From an uncultured Microthrixaceae bacterium (GTDB lineage Bacteria; Actinomycetota; Acidimicrobiia; Acidimicrobiales; VFJN01): a stretch of DNA of 64,000 nt. Made by a program: the position numbers and the translations under genes. Below are positions 41,412 to 50,888 of the stretch, piece after piece; the first letter of the stretch is position 1; the number at the start of each line of letters is the position of its first letter. Location of the stretch: assembly GCA_963806205.1 (NCBI GenBank), contig CAWDXF010000004.1:202109-266108 (forward strand). The letters are read 5' to 3'. The notes below the pieces were generated by a model that was not told the origin of the DNA, did not search any database, and worked only from the letters and a program-made list of their open reading frames with translations.

Positions 41412-43476
41412 TCAGAGCTCCCAGTCCGCGGGGATGCGCGGGTCCGGCTGGTAGCAGCAGTACGTGCCCGTGTGGATGGTCCGGCCGAGGTGGTCGGCCA
41501 GCTCCCGGTGCTGCTCCCCGATGCGCGTCATCGCCTGCCGGATCGCGCGGGTCACGGCCACCCGCGCCCGCTCCGAGGCCGAGCCCGCCCGCCGGGCCCG
41601 CCCGCCGAGCCCGACGGCCCGTGACAGCTCGCGGACGAGGAAGTCCCGCTCGAGATCGGCCTGCGCCTCCCGCACCTCGTCGCCCGTCGCCCGCGCGTCG
41701 TCGCGATCCTCCTCGAGCTCGGCCAGCCGCCGGCGGTAGGCCTCCTTCGCCTGGGGGTCGAGCATCTCGCCGGCGTCCCCGAGTGGGGCGCGACCGATCC
41801 GCGCCTCGCGCTCGTCCCGAGCGCCACCCGTGGCCTCGGCCGCGACCAGGTCGAGCACGTGGAGCTCGCGCTCGGGGTCGGCGAGGAGCCGAGCGAGGTA
41901 CCGCATCCCCTTGCGGTCGCGGAGCCGCACCGTCCGCCCGTCGAACACCACCAGCCAGTGGTCGCCCTCGTGCCGGAACACGTTGCCCGCCCGGGTCGGA
42001 CCGGCATCGGGCCGATCGTCGGCGATGCGCCGCGGCGTGGGTGCGATCGACGGTTCGTCCACGATCAGATCGAGCGCGGCGCGGGCGGCGTCCCGCTCCA
42101 GGCCGGCCCGGTGGTCGCGGCCGAGTGCCTGGCAGGCGTCGGCCAGGCCCAGTCGGGCGATCGCCGCCTCGTACGGGGCACCCACGGCGCCCCACGCCTG
42201 CGCGGCGTCCGAGAACAGCCGTTCCGCCTGAGCGGCGTCGCCGTCGACGAGGGACACCCTCGCCCGGGCATCCAGCGAGCACGCGCCGAGCGCCTTGCTC
42301 TCGAACCGGGCGGCCACGACCGCGAGCTCGTCGGACGCCGACCGGGCCCGAGCGAGGTCCCCAGCCGCGATCGCGATCTCGACCTGCGCCTGCAGGAGCG
42401 GTGCCCGGCGCAGGTCGTTGCTCGGAGGGAGCTCCTTCGAGGGCACCAGCGAGGGGCTGTCGAGCGCCTCGCGGATCGACGTCGCGGCCGTGGCGACATC
42501 GCCCTGGGCCAGGTGCACCAGCGCGAGGCCGGGCTGCGGATCCCATCCCGCGTGGTGCGCCGCCGTGAAGGCCTCCTCCGCCCCGTCGATGTTGCCTCGG
42601 CGCATCCGGATCCGGCCGAGCTCGGTCAGCGGCCATCCCATCTCCCGGCGCAGGAACGGCCGCAGCTCGTCGCAGGCCAGGAGGGCCTGGTCCTCGGCGT
42701 CTTGGCACAACCCGCGCAATCGGAGGATCTCGGCACGGTGGACCCGGCAGCGCCCGCGCAGGCTGCCGATGGCGTTGGTCCGCGACCACCGCTCCATCGC
42801 TTCGGTCCACTCCTCCGCGAGGTCGTACTGCGCGAGGCCCTGCAGTGCGCACACGAGCTCGCAGTAGACGACACCGGTCGACAGCGGGTCCAGGCCGCCG
42901 GAGGTCGCGGCGACCCCCGCCTCGTCGAGCAGGGCGAGTCCGGCCACGACGTCACCCTCGAGGATGAGTATGCGCGCTTCGGCGACGCGCCCGATGGCCG
43001 CCGCCGCCGGGTCGCACGTCGAACCGATCTCGCTCGCTTGCCGGGCACAGGACAGCGCCGTCTTCCGGTCGCCGATGAGGAGCCGCTCGTAGCTGCGGAC
43101 CACCGCGAGCCAGGCATGGGCCGGCGTCGCCCCCTCCGGGTCGAGCAGCCGCTCCGCCCGGCCGAGCCAGCCACGGACCGGCGCCATGAGCGCCGTGTCG
43201 AACAGCAGGTGCATCGCGGACGCGGACGGCCGCACCCGCGGCCGGGACGGACTGACCCGCGGCATCGAGCTCCGCGTAGGCCCGCTCCCACAGGTCGATG
43301 GTGGCATCGAGGTGACCCGCGCTGTAGGCGACCTCGCCGAACATCGGGAGATCGGCCGTCCCGACCAGGCCGTCCGCGTCGGCCTCGGAGAACAGGGCGA
43401 ACGCGTCCTGCCACGCCCCTCGGGCGGCGGCCTCGCGGGCCCGCTCGACGACGTCGCCGGCGCTGCCATCGCTCAT
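41412..43476 (-). CDS. Large TPR-like helical transcriptional regulator with a C-terminal DNA-binding domain; frameshift near 43230
   Basis: Helical repeats (GRCRVHRAEILRLRG), then KGMRYLARLLADPERELHVLDL and ERARVAVTRAIR...TGTYCCY. Confidence 0.75.
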
Positions 43477-43542
43477 CGCGCACCCCCGGATCCCGCTGGC
43501 ACGGGTCCAGCCCGCCAGACACCGTGGCACATCCCGGCGCGA

Positions 43543-43571
43543 GTTACCCGGGTAACACCCCTCGTCACGCC
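43543..43571. promoter_or_regulatory. Candidate operator: palindrome GTTACCCGGGTAAC plus GTAACACC/GTCACGCC direct repeat
   Basis: Perfect 14-bp palindrome in a divergent promoter region. Confidence 0.6.
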
Positions 43572-43624
43572 TCCAGGGCAGGGCCACGAGTCCCGTGGCA
43601 GATGCGTCGTCTCGAGGAGGAGCC

Positions 43625-44447
43625 ATGCAGATCGCAACCATCAACGGGATCGAGCTGGAGTACGAGGTGACAGGGTCGGGCGAGCCGGTGCTGCTCATCA
43701 GCCCGGTGCTGGCCGACGGGTTCCTCCCGCTCGTGTCGCAGCCGTCGCTCGCCGACCGCTACCAGCTGATCCGCTACCACAAGCGGGGCTGGGTCGGGAG
43801 CACCCACACCGAGGGGGCCGTCACGGTGGGCGACCACACCGCCGACGCCGCGGCCCTGCTCGAGCACCTCGGGGTGCGACGGGCCCACGTCGTCGGCCAC
43901 TCCAGCGGTGCCGCCGTCGCCGCGCAGCTGGCGCTCGACGAACCGGAGCGCGTGGCCAGCCTGGTCCTGCTCGAGCTCTCGGTCTTCTCCGTGCCCAGCG
44001 GCGAGGCCTTCCTCGAGGGCGCCGGGCCGGTGTTCGAGGCGTACGCCCAGGGCGAGCACGAGGCGGCCCTCACGATGTTCCTCGAGCGCGGTGAGCGGGC
44101 TCGACCCGGCCGCCTGCCGCAGCCTCCTCGACCGCCGCGTGCCCGGCGCCCTCGAGCAGGCGGTCAAGGACGTCGACACCTTCTTCGGGGTCGAGCTCCC
44201 CGCCCTCACCCAGTGGACCTTCGGGCCCGAGCAGGCCGCGGCCGTCGGCCAGCCGACGCTGTCGGTGCTGGGCAGCCGCACGCAGCAGCTGTGGGTCGAG
44301 GTCGCCGCGTTCCTGCGCACCTCGCTCCCGGAGGTCGAGGATTGCACGATCCCCGACGTCGGCCACCTGCTCCACATCGAGCAGCCCGAACCCGTCGCCC
44401 AGGCGATCGCCGAGTTCCTCGGGCGCCACGCCATCGCACGGCGATGA
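43625..44447 (+). CDS. Alpha/beta hydrolase, frameshifted near 44085
   Basis: GSGEPVLLI and GHSSG; C-terminal DVGHLLHIEQPE in the next frame; GAGGAG RBS. Confidence 0.85.
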
Positions 44448-44484
44448 CGTCACGTCCGCCGATCCAACCAACCAAGGAGACCCA

Positions 44485-44706
44485 ATGCCCCTGATCCAGG
44501 TGAAGCTCATCGAAGGCGTGTTCGACGCAACCGAGAAGGCATCGATCATCGAGAAGCTGACCGACGCGATGGTCAGCGTCGAAGGCGAGGCCATGCGGCC
44601 CGTGACGTGGGTGACCATCGAAGAGGTCGCCAGCGGCGAGTGGGGCATCGCCGGCAAGGCGCTGCACACCGGCGACGTCGTCGGCATGCGGGTTGCCGCG
44701 CAGTAG
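44485..44706 (+). CDS. 4-oxalocrotonate tautomerase family protein
   Basis: Catalytic Pro-1 (MPLIQVK), EEVASGEWGIAG; AAGGAG RBS. Confidence 0.9.
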   Translation: MPLIQVKLIEGVFDATEKASIIEKLTDAMVSVEGEAMRPVTWVTIEEVASGEWGIAGKALHTGDVVGMRVAAQ

Positions 44707-44857
44707 GGCGCGCGCTCCCCGTGGGGCTGGAGGTACCGGCGCGGCAGCGGCGGGCACGTGGCGAGTGTGCGCCGGTTGCTCCGAGGGGTGCAGCGCCGCG
44801 CCGAGCAAGGCGCTCGGGGCCAGGTCCACGCCAGGCCCGCTGACCGCGCCCGCGGGC

Positions 44858-46534
44858 TCAGCGGCTGGTGACGGACAGCTCCGAGAGGCCGCGGAGGACC
44901 ATGCGGCGCTCCCAGTGCGGCGTGTCGTCCACCGGGGCGAGCCGGGGGAAGCGCCGGATGAGCGCTGGGAGCGCGATGCGGGCCTCGAGGCGGGCGAGGG
45001 CGTTGCCGAGGCAGAAGTGCGGTCCCCCGCCGAAGCTGGTGTGCTCGTTCGCACCGGGCCGGGCGACGTCGAGCAGGTCGGCGGTCGGCCCCCACTTCCG
45101 CGGGTCGTGGTTGGCGGAGGTCAGGTAGAGCGTCACGTGGCTCCGCGCCGGGATGGTCACCCCGGCGACCTCGATGTCGGCGAAGGCGAGCCGGCGGGTG
45201 AGCTGGGCGGGGCTCTCGAAGCGGAGCACCTCCTCGATGGCGTTGGCGTCGAGCGCCGGGTCGGCCCGCAGGCGGTCGAGCTGGTCGGGGAACCGGAACA
45301 GGTGGACGAGCCCGTTGCCGATCAGGTTCCGGGTGGTCTCGTGACCGGCGATGTACAGCAGCAGGATCTGGGCGATGACCTCCTCGTCGTCGAGGACCTC
45401 TCCCGCGTCCTCGGCCTGGAGCAGGGCGGTCAGGATGTCGTCGCCGGGCTTGTCGCGCCGGTCGGCGACCACCTGCTCCACGTACTTCGTCATGGCGCGG
45501 CCGGCCTCTTCGGCGGCGGCCTCCTCGGCCTCCGTGATGAACGGGTCGAGGCCCGGGGTCAACGTGTGCGACCACTCCCGCAGCTGGTCCATGTCCTCGG
45601 TCGGCATCGCGAGCATCTCGCTGATGATCTGCGCCGGCACGATGAGCGCGTACTCGTCCATGACGTCGAAGACGTCGCGGTCCGCGAGTCCGTCGAGGAG
45701 CCCGGCGACGATCTCCTCGGCTCGCTCACCCCACCGGCTGATCGCCTTGGGGGTGAACACCCGGGAGACGAGCCGCCGCAGGCGCAGGTGATCGGCACCG
45801 TCGCGTCGGATCATCATCTTGGCCCCGCGACGGCGGGGCTCGACATCGGGCGGGTCGAGCGTCGTGACCGACCCCAGCAGGGTCCGGTCGCGCATGAGCC
45901 GGTGCACGTCGTCGTACTGGAGCACGACCCAGGAGTGCATCGCATCGGACCAGTGGCAGGGTGCGTCCTCGCGTAGCGCGGCGAGCTGGATCGACGGATC
46001 GTCGAGGAAGCCGGGCGCCATCGGATCGAGCTGCCGCACGCCGGACGGGTCGACCGACGGGGCCGCGGCGGCGGTGGCGGGCACCGCGGCCGGGAGCACC
46101 ACCGGCCGGGCCGGGCGCTCGTTGGAGCGCCGCAGCCGCTGGGCCAGCTCGGTGAGCAGGGCCACCGCGACCCGTGGGCTGGCCAGCAGCGCGGAGCGGA
46201 ACGCGTCGCCGTCGACCTCGTGCAGCACGAGGTCGGTGACCGCGGTGACGGTTGCGCCGCGCGGCTCCCCGTCGAGCAGGGCCAGCTCGCCGATGGACTC
46301 ACCCGGACCGATCGTGGCGGCGTACAGCCCCGCCACGGTCACGTCGGCGTAGCCGTCGGCGACGATCCACCAGCTCTCGGCCTTCTCCCCCTCGCGGCAC
46401 ACCACCTCGCCGTCGGGGACCCGGCGCGTCCCGGTGACGGCAGCGGCCACACCCGAGAGGTCGTCGGGCGCGCACGCCTCGAACAGCTGCAGCGCCGCCA
46501 GCTCGTCGACCGACACCATGAGGGTGGGAGCCAT
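44858..46534 (-). CDS. Cyclic-nucleotide-binding domain-cytochrome P450 fusion protein
   Basis: cNMP cassette GELALLDGEPRGATV; P450 AGHETT, EEVLR, FGGGPHFCLG; one continuous 558-aa ORF with AAGGAA RBS. Confidence 0.9.
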   Translation of the reverse strand: MAPTLMVSVDELAALQLFEACAPDDLSGVAAAVTGTRRVPDGEVVCREGEKAESWWIVADGYADVTVAGLYAATIGPGESIGELALLDGEPRGATVTAVTDLVLHEVDGDAFRSALLASPRVAVALLTELAQRLRRSNERPARPVVLPAAVPATAAAAPSVDPSGVRQLDPMAPGFLDDPSIQLAALREDAPCHWSDAMHSWVVLQYDDVHRLMRDRTLLGSVTTLDPPDVEPRRRGAKMMIRRDGADHLRLRRLVSRVFTPKAISRWGERAEEIVAGLLDGLADRDVFDVMDEYALIVPAQIISEMLAMPTEDMDQLREWSHTLTPGLDPFITEAEEAAAEEAGRAMTKYVEQVVADRRDKPGDDILTALLQAEDAGEVLDDEEVIAQILLLYIAGHETTRNLIGNGLVHLFRFPDQLDRLRADPALDANAIEEVLRFESPAQLTRRLAFADIEVAGVTIPARSHVTLYLTSANHDPRKWGPTADLLDVARPGANEHTSFGGGPHFCLGNALARLEARIALPALIRRFPRLAPVDDTPHWERRMVLRGLSELSVTSR

Positions 46535-46650
46535 GGGCCCGTTCCTTCCTTCCGTCCGTCAGGGACCGAAGTCTGGCGGATCCTCGCCCGCTCCGCTCGC
46601 CCGGCTCGGACCTGGCTGCACGGTCCGTGGCTCGACGACGTCGACGCCGT

Positions 46651-47196
46651 TCACCGCCTCGTCCCGCGGTCAGCTGCCAGCTCGTCCTCGACCTCGGCGA
46701 TCCATTCGCGGATCGCCTCGACCAGGCGTCGCCCGAGGCGGTGGTTGAGCAGCAGGTAGCGCGTTCGCTCCGGGATGCCGAGAGCGATCGCCTCGTCACG
46801 ATCGAGGTCGGCGTCCAGCCGATCGAGAACCGGGCGCATCGCGACGAGGCTGCGAACGATCGTCTCGTCGTCGACGAGGTCTCCCGCCAGGAGGCGGACC
46901 GACGCTTCGCTCTGGATGCGTGGGAACGCCGCTGGTTGTGCCAACCACTCCCGCAGTGCTCGCCTGCCCTTGGCTGTCAGCTTGTAGTGGGTGCGGTCCG
47001 TGGTCTTCCCCGGCAGGCGCTGTGCGCTCAGGTAGCCGCTGCCGGCCAGCCGCTTCGGTTCGGCGTACCACTGGCTCTGGGCGGCCGCCCAGTACATGGT
47101 CCGCCGCATCATGTCGGCGATGTCGTGGGCGCCCGCGCCTCGATCGCCCACCAGCGCGAGCACGGGGTACGAGAACGGTCGCAGGTCGCTTGCCAT
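46651..47196 (-). CDS. PadR family transcriptional regulator
   Basis: YWAAAQSQWYAEPKRL...YKLTAKGRRALREWL; helical C-terminal domain. Confidence 0.85.
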   Translation of the reverse strand: MASDLRPFSYPVLALVGDRGAGAHDIADMMRRTMYWAAAQSQWYAEPKRLAGSGYLSAQRLPGKTTDRTHYKLTAKGRRALREWLAQPAAFPRIQSEASVRLLAGDLVDDETIVRSLVAMRPVLDRLDADLDRDEAIALGIPERTRYLLLNHRLGRRLVEAIREWIAEVEDELAADRGTRR

Positions 47197-47197
47197 G

Positions 47198-47234
47198 ACT
47201 CCGATTCAGAGTTACAAAGACTCTGGATCGGAGT
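47198..47234. promoter_or_regulatory. Candidate double PadR operator (two ACTC-N7-GAGT boxes forming an inverted repeat)
   Basis: ACTCCGATTCAGAGT-tacaaag-ACTCTGGATCGGAGT; 14/15 complementary. Confidence 0.7.
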
Positions 47235-47263
47235 TTAGACGGCTAGGTCGAAGAGGAGGCCAC

Positions 47264-47737
47264 ATGGCGGCGACGACACTTGCCCCCGGTGACGGGGAAG
47301 CACTCTGGATGTTCGATTCGCTCGACACCATCAAGGCGGACTCCGAGCAGACCGACGGAGCGTTCGCGGCCGTCGAGTTCCTCGGGTTCGAGGGGTCGGG
47401 TCCACCTGCCCATGTCCATGCCCGCACCGTCGGCATCTACGTGCTCGAAGGTGAGGTCACGTTCTCGTTGGGCGGCGAACGCTCCGACGCAACGGCCGGC
47501 ACCTGGGTCTGCGCCCCGCCGGGGACCGAGCTCGCCTGGATCTGTCGGTCGGCCGCGTGTCGGATGCTCGCCATCACTGCGCCCGGCGGATTCGAGGCCT
47601 TCTACCGCGAGGTCGGTGTGCCCGTCCCCGATCGAACACACCTCCCGGGGACGACCGAGCCCGACATCGGTGAGCTGATCGCAGTTGCAGCGCGGTACGA
47701 CGCCACCATCGTCGGCCCGCCACTGGCGAGCGGATGA
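47264..47737 (+). CDS. Cupin domain protein (quercetinase-like)
   Basis: GPPAHVH...YVLEGEV...APGGFEAFY; GAGGAGG RBS. Confidence 0.85.
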   Translation: MAATTLAPGDGEALWMFDSLDTIKADSEQTDGAFAAVEFLGFEGSGPPAHVHARTVGIYVLEGEVTFSLGGERSDATAGTWVCAPPGTELAWICRSAACRMLAITAPGGFEAFYREVGVPVPDRTHLPGTTEPDIGELIAVAARYDATIVGPPLASG

Positions 47738-47738
47738 C

Positions 47739-48212
47739 CTAGCCGACGAGGTCGGACAGGTGCTGCAGCGAGCGGTCGAGGTGGTCCAGCCCGAACGGCG
47801 GGAACTGGATGTACTCCCGGATGTGGGGCGGCACTTCCGACCAGTCGTAGGTCAGCGTCACCTTCGTCTGCGACGGGCCGGTCGTCTCGAGGTCGTAGCG
47901 CCAGGTCCAGCCGCCGAAGCTGAGCTCCCCGGTCTCGGGCGCCTCCGTCCCGGGCCGCCACGCGATCGCCTTCGGCTCGTCGAACACCTCGACCAGGTTG
48001 GCCATCTCGTAGTCCCCGTCCGGATGGTTCTCGTGGTACATCGCCACCCGGAACACCTGGCCGGCGGCGGTGATGCGCTCGCCGTCCAGGGACCCGCGCA
48101 CCCAGCCGGTGCCGTCGATGGCGGCGTGCGAGGACGGGTCGGCCAGCACCGCGAACACCGCCTCCGGGGCAGCATCGATCGTCGTGGACACGGCTACGTA
48201 TTCGGGTTCCAT
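47739..48212 (-). CDS. SRPBCC/polyketide cyclase family protein
   Basis: IDAAPEAVFAVLADP.HAAIDGTG, WRYDL, VTLTYDWS. Confidence 0.85.
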   Translation of the reverse strand: MEPEYVAVSTTIDAAPEAVFAVLADPSSHAAIDGTGWVRGSLDGERITAAGQVFRVAMYHENHPDGDYEMANLVEVFDEPKAIAWRPGTEAPETGELSFGGWTWRYDLETTGPSQTKVTLTYDWSEVPPHIREYIQFPPFGLDHLDRSLQHLSDLVG

Positions 48213-48282
48213 GTCAGCGGGACGCTTCGCCGAACCCGAACTCATCGCCTCTGCGCCTGTCCGACGGCGATCTGCGGCGGGA

Positions 48283-48762
48283 TCACCCGATCCGGCGGAC
48301 GGTGATCGAGGCCGAGCGGCCGGTGGAGAGCTCGATGGTCTCGGTCCCGGAGTTCACGACCCGCAGCGTGGATCCGGCCGTCGCCACGATCGACCCGGTC
48401 GCCACCACGGGGGAGCCGTCCGCCTGCGTCTGCGCATCGACGGTCGTCAGCACATCGTTGAGCTCGAGCGCGAACGCACTCGGTTGCGTCGTCGGTTCGG
48501 TGTCGCCCTTGAACGTCACCTTGTAGGTCCCCGCGGTGGGGAGGGCGAACGTGGAGGGGCTCGGCCGTGTGATGCCCACGCATGGCCCCGGCTCGTCGAA
48601 GGACACCCCTTGGCCCGGGCTGAGCGTGACCGAGTCCGGGCCGGCGAGGTTCGTCGCCGAGCAGAACACGGGCGCGACGACCGGTCCGAGGTGACACGCA
48701 GTCACGGCACCGGTCCCGACCCCTACCGCGAGGAGGAGGCCCGCCAGTCGTCTGCGCATCAC
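48283..48762 (-). CDS. Putative lipoprotein with a BclA-C/C1q-like beta-sandwich
   Basis: RRR + hydrophobic stretch + VTAC lipobox; STFALPTAGTYKVTF, AGSTLRVVN, ASITVRRIG. Confidence 0.6.
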   Translation of the reverse strand: MMRRRLAGLLLAVGVGTGAVTACHLGPVVAPVFCSATNLAGPDSVTLSPGQGVSFDEPGPCVGITRPSPSTFALPTAGTYKVTFKGDTEPTTQPSAFALELNDVLTTVDAQTQADGSPVVATGSIVATAGSTLRVVNSGTETIELSTGRSASITVRRIG

Positions 48763-48820
48763 GCACGCGACGATAGAGGTCCCGCGTGGTCAGGCCGGAT
48801 GAAGCTGCGAACCCAGGGAC

Positions 48821-49288
48821 CTACTCGCCGTCGAACAGAGCGAGCTCGGCGGCGTCGGGGGCTTCGAACTGGAGTGCCCACCTCTCGAGATCTTCACGCG
48901 GGATGGGCACCACACCAGGCAGGGCGCGTGAGTTGCGAACCTCGAGGCGTCGCCAGAGCTCCTCGACCGGCGCCTCCAGGTAGTGCAGCTCGACCGCCAC
49001 GCCGAGCGCCCGCGCGGCCAGCCGGAGCTCGTTCCGTTCCTCGCGCGCCCAGAACCCGTTCTCCATGACGACGCTCTGGCCCAGCGTGAGCAGCTCCTGG
49101 CCGAGCTCCCAGAGCCGCTGCTCCAGCCGGACCCGCCCTTGTTCGTCGTAGTAGTCGATGCCGAGATCGTGCTTCCACTCATCGGGGCAGAGGCGCACGG
49201 CCGACGCGTCCGAAGCAAGTCGCTTGGCGAGCGTCGTCTTGCCCGAACCCGGCAAGCCACAGATGAGGATCAGTCGAGCGTCAGTCAT
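48821..49288 (-). CDS. AAA_33-type P-loop kinase/ATPase
   Basis: CGLPGSGKTT, LCPDEW, ENGFWAREER, QFEAP. Confidence 0.88.
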   Translation of the reverse strand: MTDARLILICGLPGSGKTTLAKRLASDASAVRLCPDEWKHDLGIDYYDEQGRVRLEQRLWELGQELLTLGQSVVMENGFWAREERNELRLAARALGVAVELHYLEAPVEELWRRLEVRNSRALPGVVPIPREDLERWALQFEAPDAAELALFDGE

Positions 49289-49325
49289 GCGAGCCGTTCC
49301 GGCTGCGTCCTGTCCACGCCCCCGA

Positions 49326-49372
49326 TTCTTGCGGCAGATGTCAGCGGTCTTGGCAGAAATCTGCCGCACGAA
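49326..49372. repeat. Imperfect intergenic palindrome (20-bp arms)
   Basis: TTCTTGCGGCAGATGTCAGC-ggtcttg-GCAGAAATCTGCCGCACGAA; 17/20 paired. Confidence 0.7.
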
Positions 49373-49411
49373 CGCAGCAGCGGCGCCAACCTCGTCGTGA
49401 GTGGGTTGTCG

Positions 49412-49858
49412 TCAGCAGGTGTCGTGTCGCCACTCGCCATCTTCGACGATCCAGTCCGCGGAGGTCTCGCTGTTCTGGGTCTCGCCCTCCTTGGGCGACT
49501 CGATGATGCTCACCTCCGCCTCGAGAGCGTCGCTCCCTGGCCTGTCTACGACCACGCTCAGGATGGTGGGCGGCCCGCCGATGGCCTTGGTCCAGTCCTC
49601 GGAGAACCGGTCGAACACCGATCGGGTCGTCTGCGCTCTGCATCGCTCGGACAGGAGGTCGTCGGCGCGTGCACCGTCGCCGCCGTTGAAGGCCGACTCG
49701 AACTGGCGGGCCGAGCGCTCGAGGGCCGCTGTCGAGGGAGGCTCGCGCAACGGCTCGTCGTCGCCGCTGTCGCCCGCACAGCCCGCGACCAGGAACGCGC
49801 CGACCATCAGGGCTCCTGCCGTACGGCTGACCCGAGCGTGTCGGAGGGCCGACGTCAC
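49412..49858 (-). CDS. Putative lipoprotein (NTF2-like domain)
   Basis: LVAGC lipobox; LLSERCR...WIVEDGEWRHDTC; alternative start ATG 49807 with AGGAG RBS. Confidence 0.7.
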   Translation of the reverse strand: MTSALRHARVSRTAGALMVGAFLVAGCAGDSGDDEPLREPPSTAALERSARQFESAFNGGDGARADDLLSERCRAQTTRSVFDRFSEDWTKAIGGPPTILSVVVDRPGSDALEAEVSIIESPKEGETQNSETSADWIVEDGEWRHDTC

Positions 49859-49859
49859 C
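49836..49859 (-). repeat. Degenerate copy of the tRNA-Leu 3' end (att-like site 1)
   Basis: GCGTGTCGGAGGGCCGACGTCACC vs 51940-51963: first 13 nt identical, 19/24 overall. Confidence 0.65.
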
Positions 49860-49895
49860 AGTCCCCGAGTGGCGGCTCGCGGTCACGTCCGAGAC

Positions 49896-50288
49896 TCAGC
49901 GAAGCTTCGTGGCGATCTCCCCACTGTCCAGATAGTCCCGCCAGCTGACGATCTTGCTTGCGGCATCGAACTCAATGACTCCCACGACGTGGAGGCCGAT
50001 GCGCTTGCCCCGCAGGGTCACCCAGTCGATGCGCTGAATGAACACGGTGTCGCCAACAGAAGCCGTGTGAAGGAAGTCGAAGCCGCAGTCCTCCATGCGG
50101 GGGGCCTGTCGACTCAGTTCGGCTCGAATCGCGTCGTGGCCGATATGCGGCTCCTCCCAGGCGAACACGTGGTAGGCGCCATCTGGCGCGAAGCGGTCCA
50201 CGATCCGATCGATCTGCGCGGCATCCAGTCTCGGACCCTCGAACTCCCGCAGAAGCTCCCGGGCCGCCGTCTCGTGCGCCGTGGTCAT
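49896..50288 (-). CDS. Limonene-1,2-epoxide hydrolase family protein
   Basis: GHDAIRA, VFIQRID, VVGVIEF...KIVSWRDYLD. Confidence 0.85.
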   Translation of the reverse strand: MTTAHETAARELLREFEGPRLDAAQIDRIVDRFAPDGAYHVFAWEEPHIGHDAIRAELSRQAPRMEDCGFDFLHTASVGDTVFIQRIDWVTLRGKRIGLHVVGVIEFDAASKIVSWRDYLDSGEIATKLR

Positions 50289-50301
50289 TCGCCGGTTCCT
50301 C

Positions 50302-50718
50302 CTACCCGAGCAGCCCGAGCTGCTGCATCTGGGTGAGCGTGTCTCCGATACCCCATCGTTCTACGACCTGGCCGTGGTCGAAGCGCAGGATGCCGATCGA
50401 GCGGATGTCGATCTTGCGGCCCGTCGGCGGAATCCCCATCAGGTCACCGTCGTGCGTCCCGGTGATCCGCGCGTAGCCAACCGCCCGCTCGCCATCGGCG
50501 ACGACGAACTCCGCCTGCTCGTGATAGTCGGAGAAGGCGTCGTGCATCAGGTGGAGAGACCCCACGTACCGCTCGAATCCGGACCCTTCGAGGGGCAGCT
50601 GATCGATGTGGTCGACCAGGTCGGCGGAGATCAGCTCGTCGACGAGTTTGTAGCGCCGTCGGCACCACAGCTCCTCCGTCACCATTCGGTAGAGACTCGC
50701 CGGATCGCTGTCCGCCAC
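50302..50718 (-). CDS. SnoaL-like ester cyclase
   Basis: DAFSD, TGTHDGDLMGIPPTGRKI, GQVVERW...QQLG. Confidence 0.9.
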   Translation of the reverse strand: MADSDPASLYRMVTEELWCRRRYKLVDELISADLVDHIDQLPLEGSGFERYVGSLHLMHDAFSDYHEQAEFVVADGERAVGYARITGTHDGDLMGIPPTGRKIDIRSIGILRFDHGQVVERWGIGDTLTQMQQLGLLG

Positions 50719-50763
50719 GACCCGAGTGTCTCACGGTCGCCGGGGGCCGGCCGAAGCGGCGAT

Positions 50764-50785
50764 GTGCCGGAGGACCGACTTCAAC
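50764..50785 (-). repeat. Degenerate copy of the tRNA-Leu 3' end (att-like site 2)
   Basis: GTGCCGGAGGACCGACTTCAAC: 17/22 to the tRNA end (51942-51963), 18/22 to site 1; intergenic. Confidence 0.6.
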
Positions 50786-50888
50786 AATCGACACTCCGGC
50801 CGGGCAGCTCATGACCTGGTCTTGTGAGCGCTGACCGTGTTGATCGGTCAACATGCGGCTGTCGTCGTCATCGCGTCGGAGGAAGCCA

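Noticed and set aside
44890..44900. GCGGAGGACC, a partial match to the att-like motif
   Set aside because: Inside the P450 coding sequence and lacks the GTGT/GTGC start; likely chance
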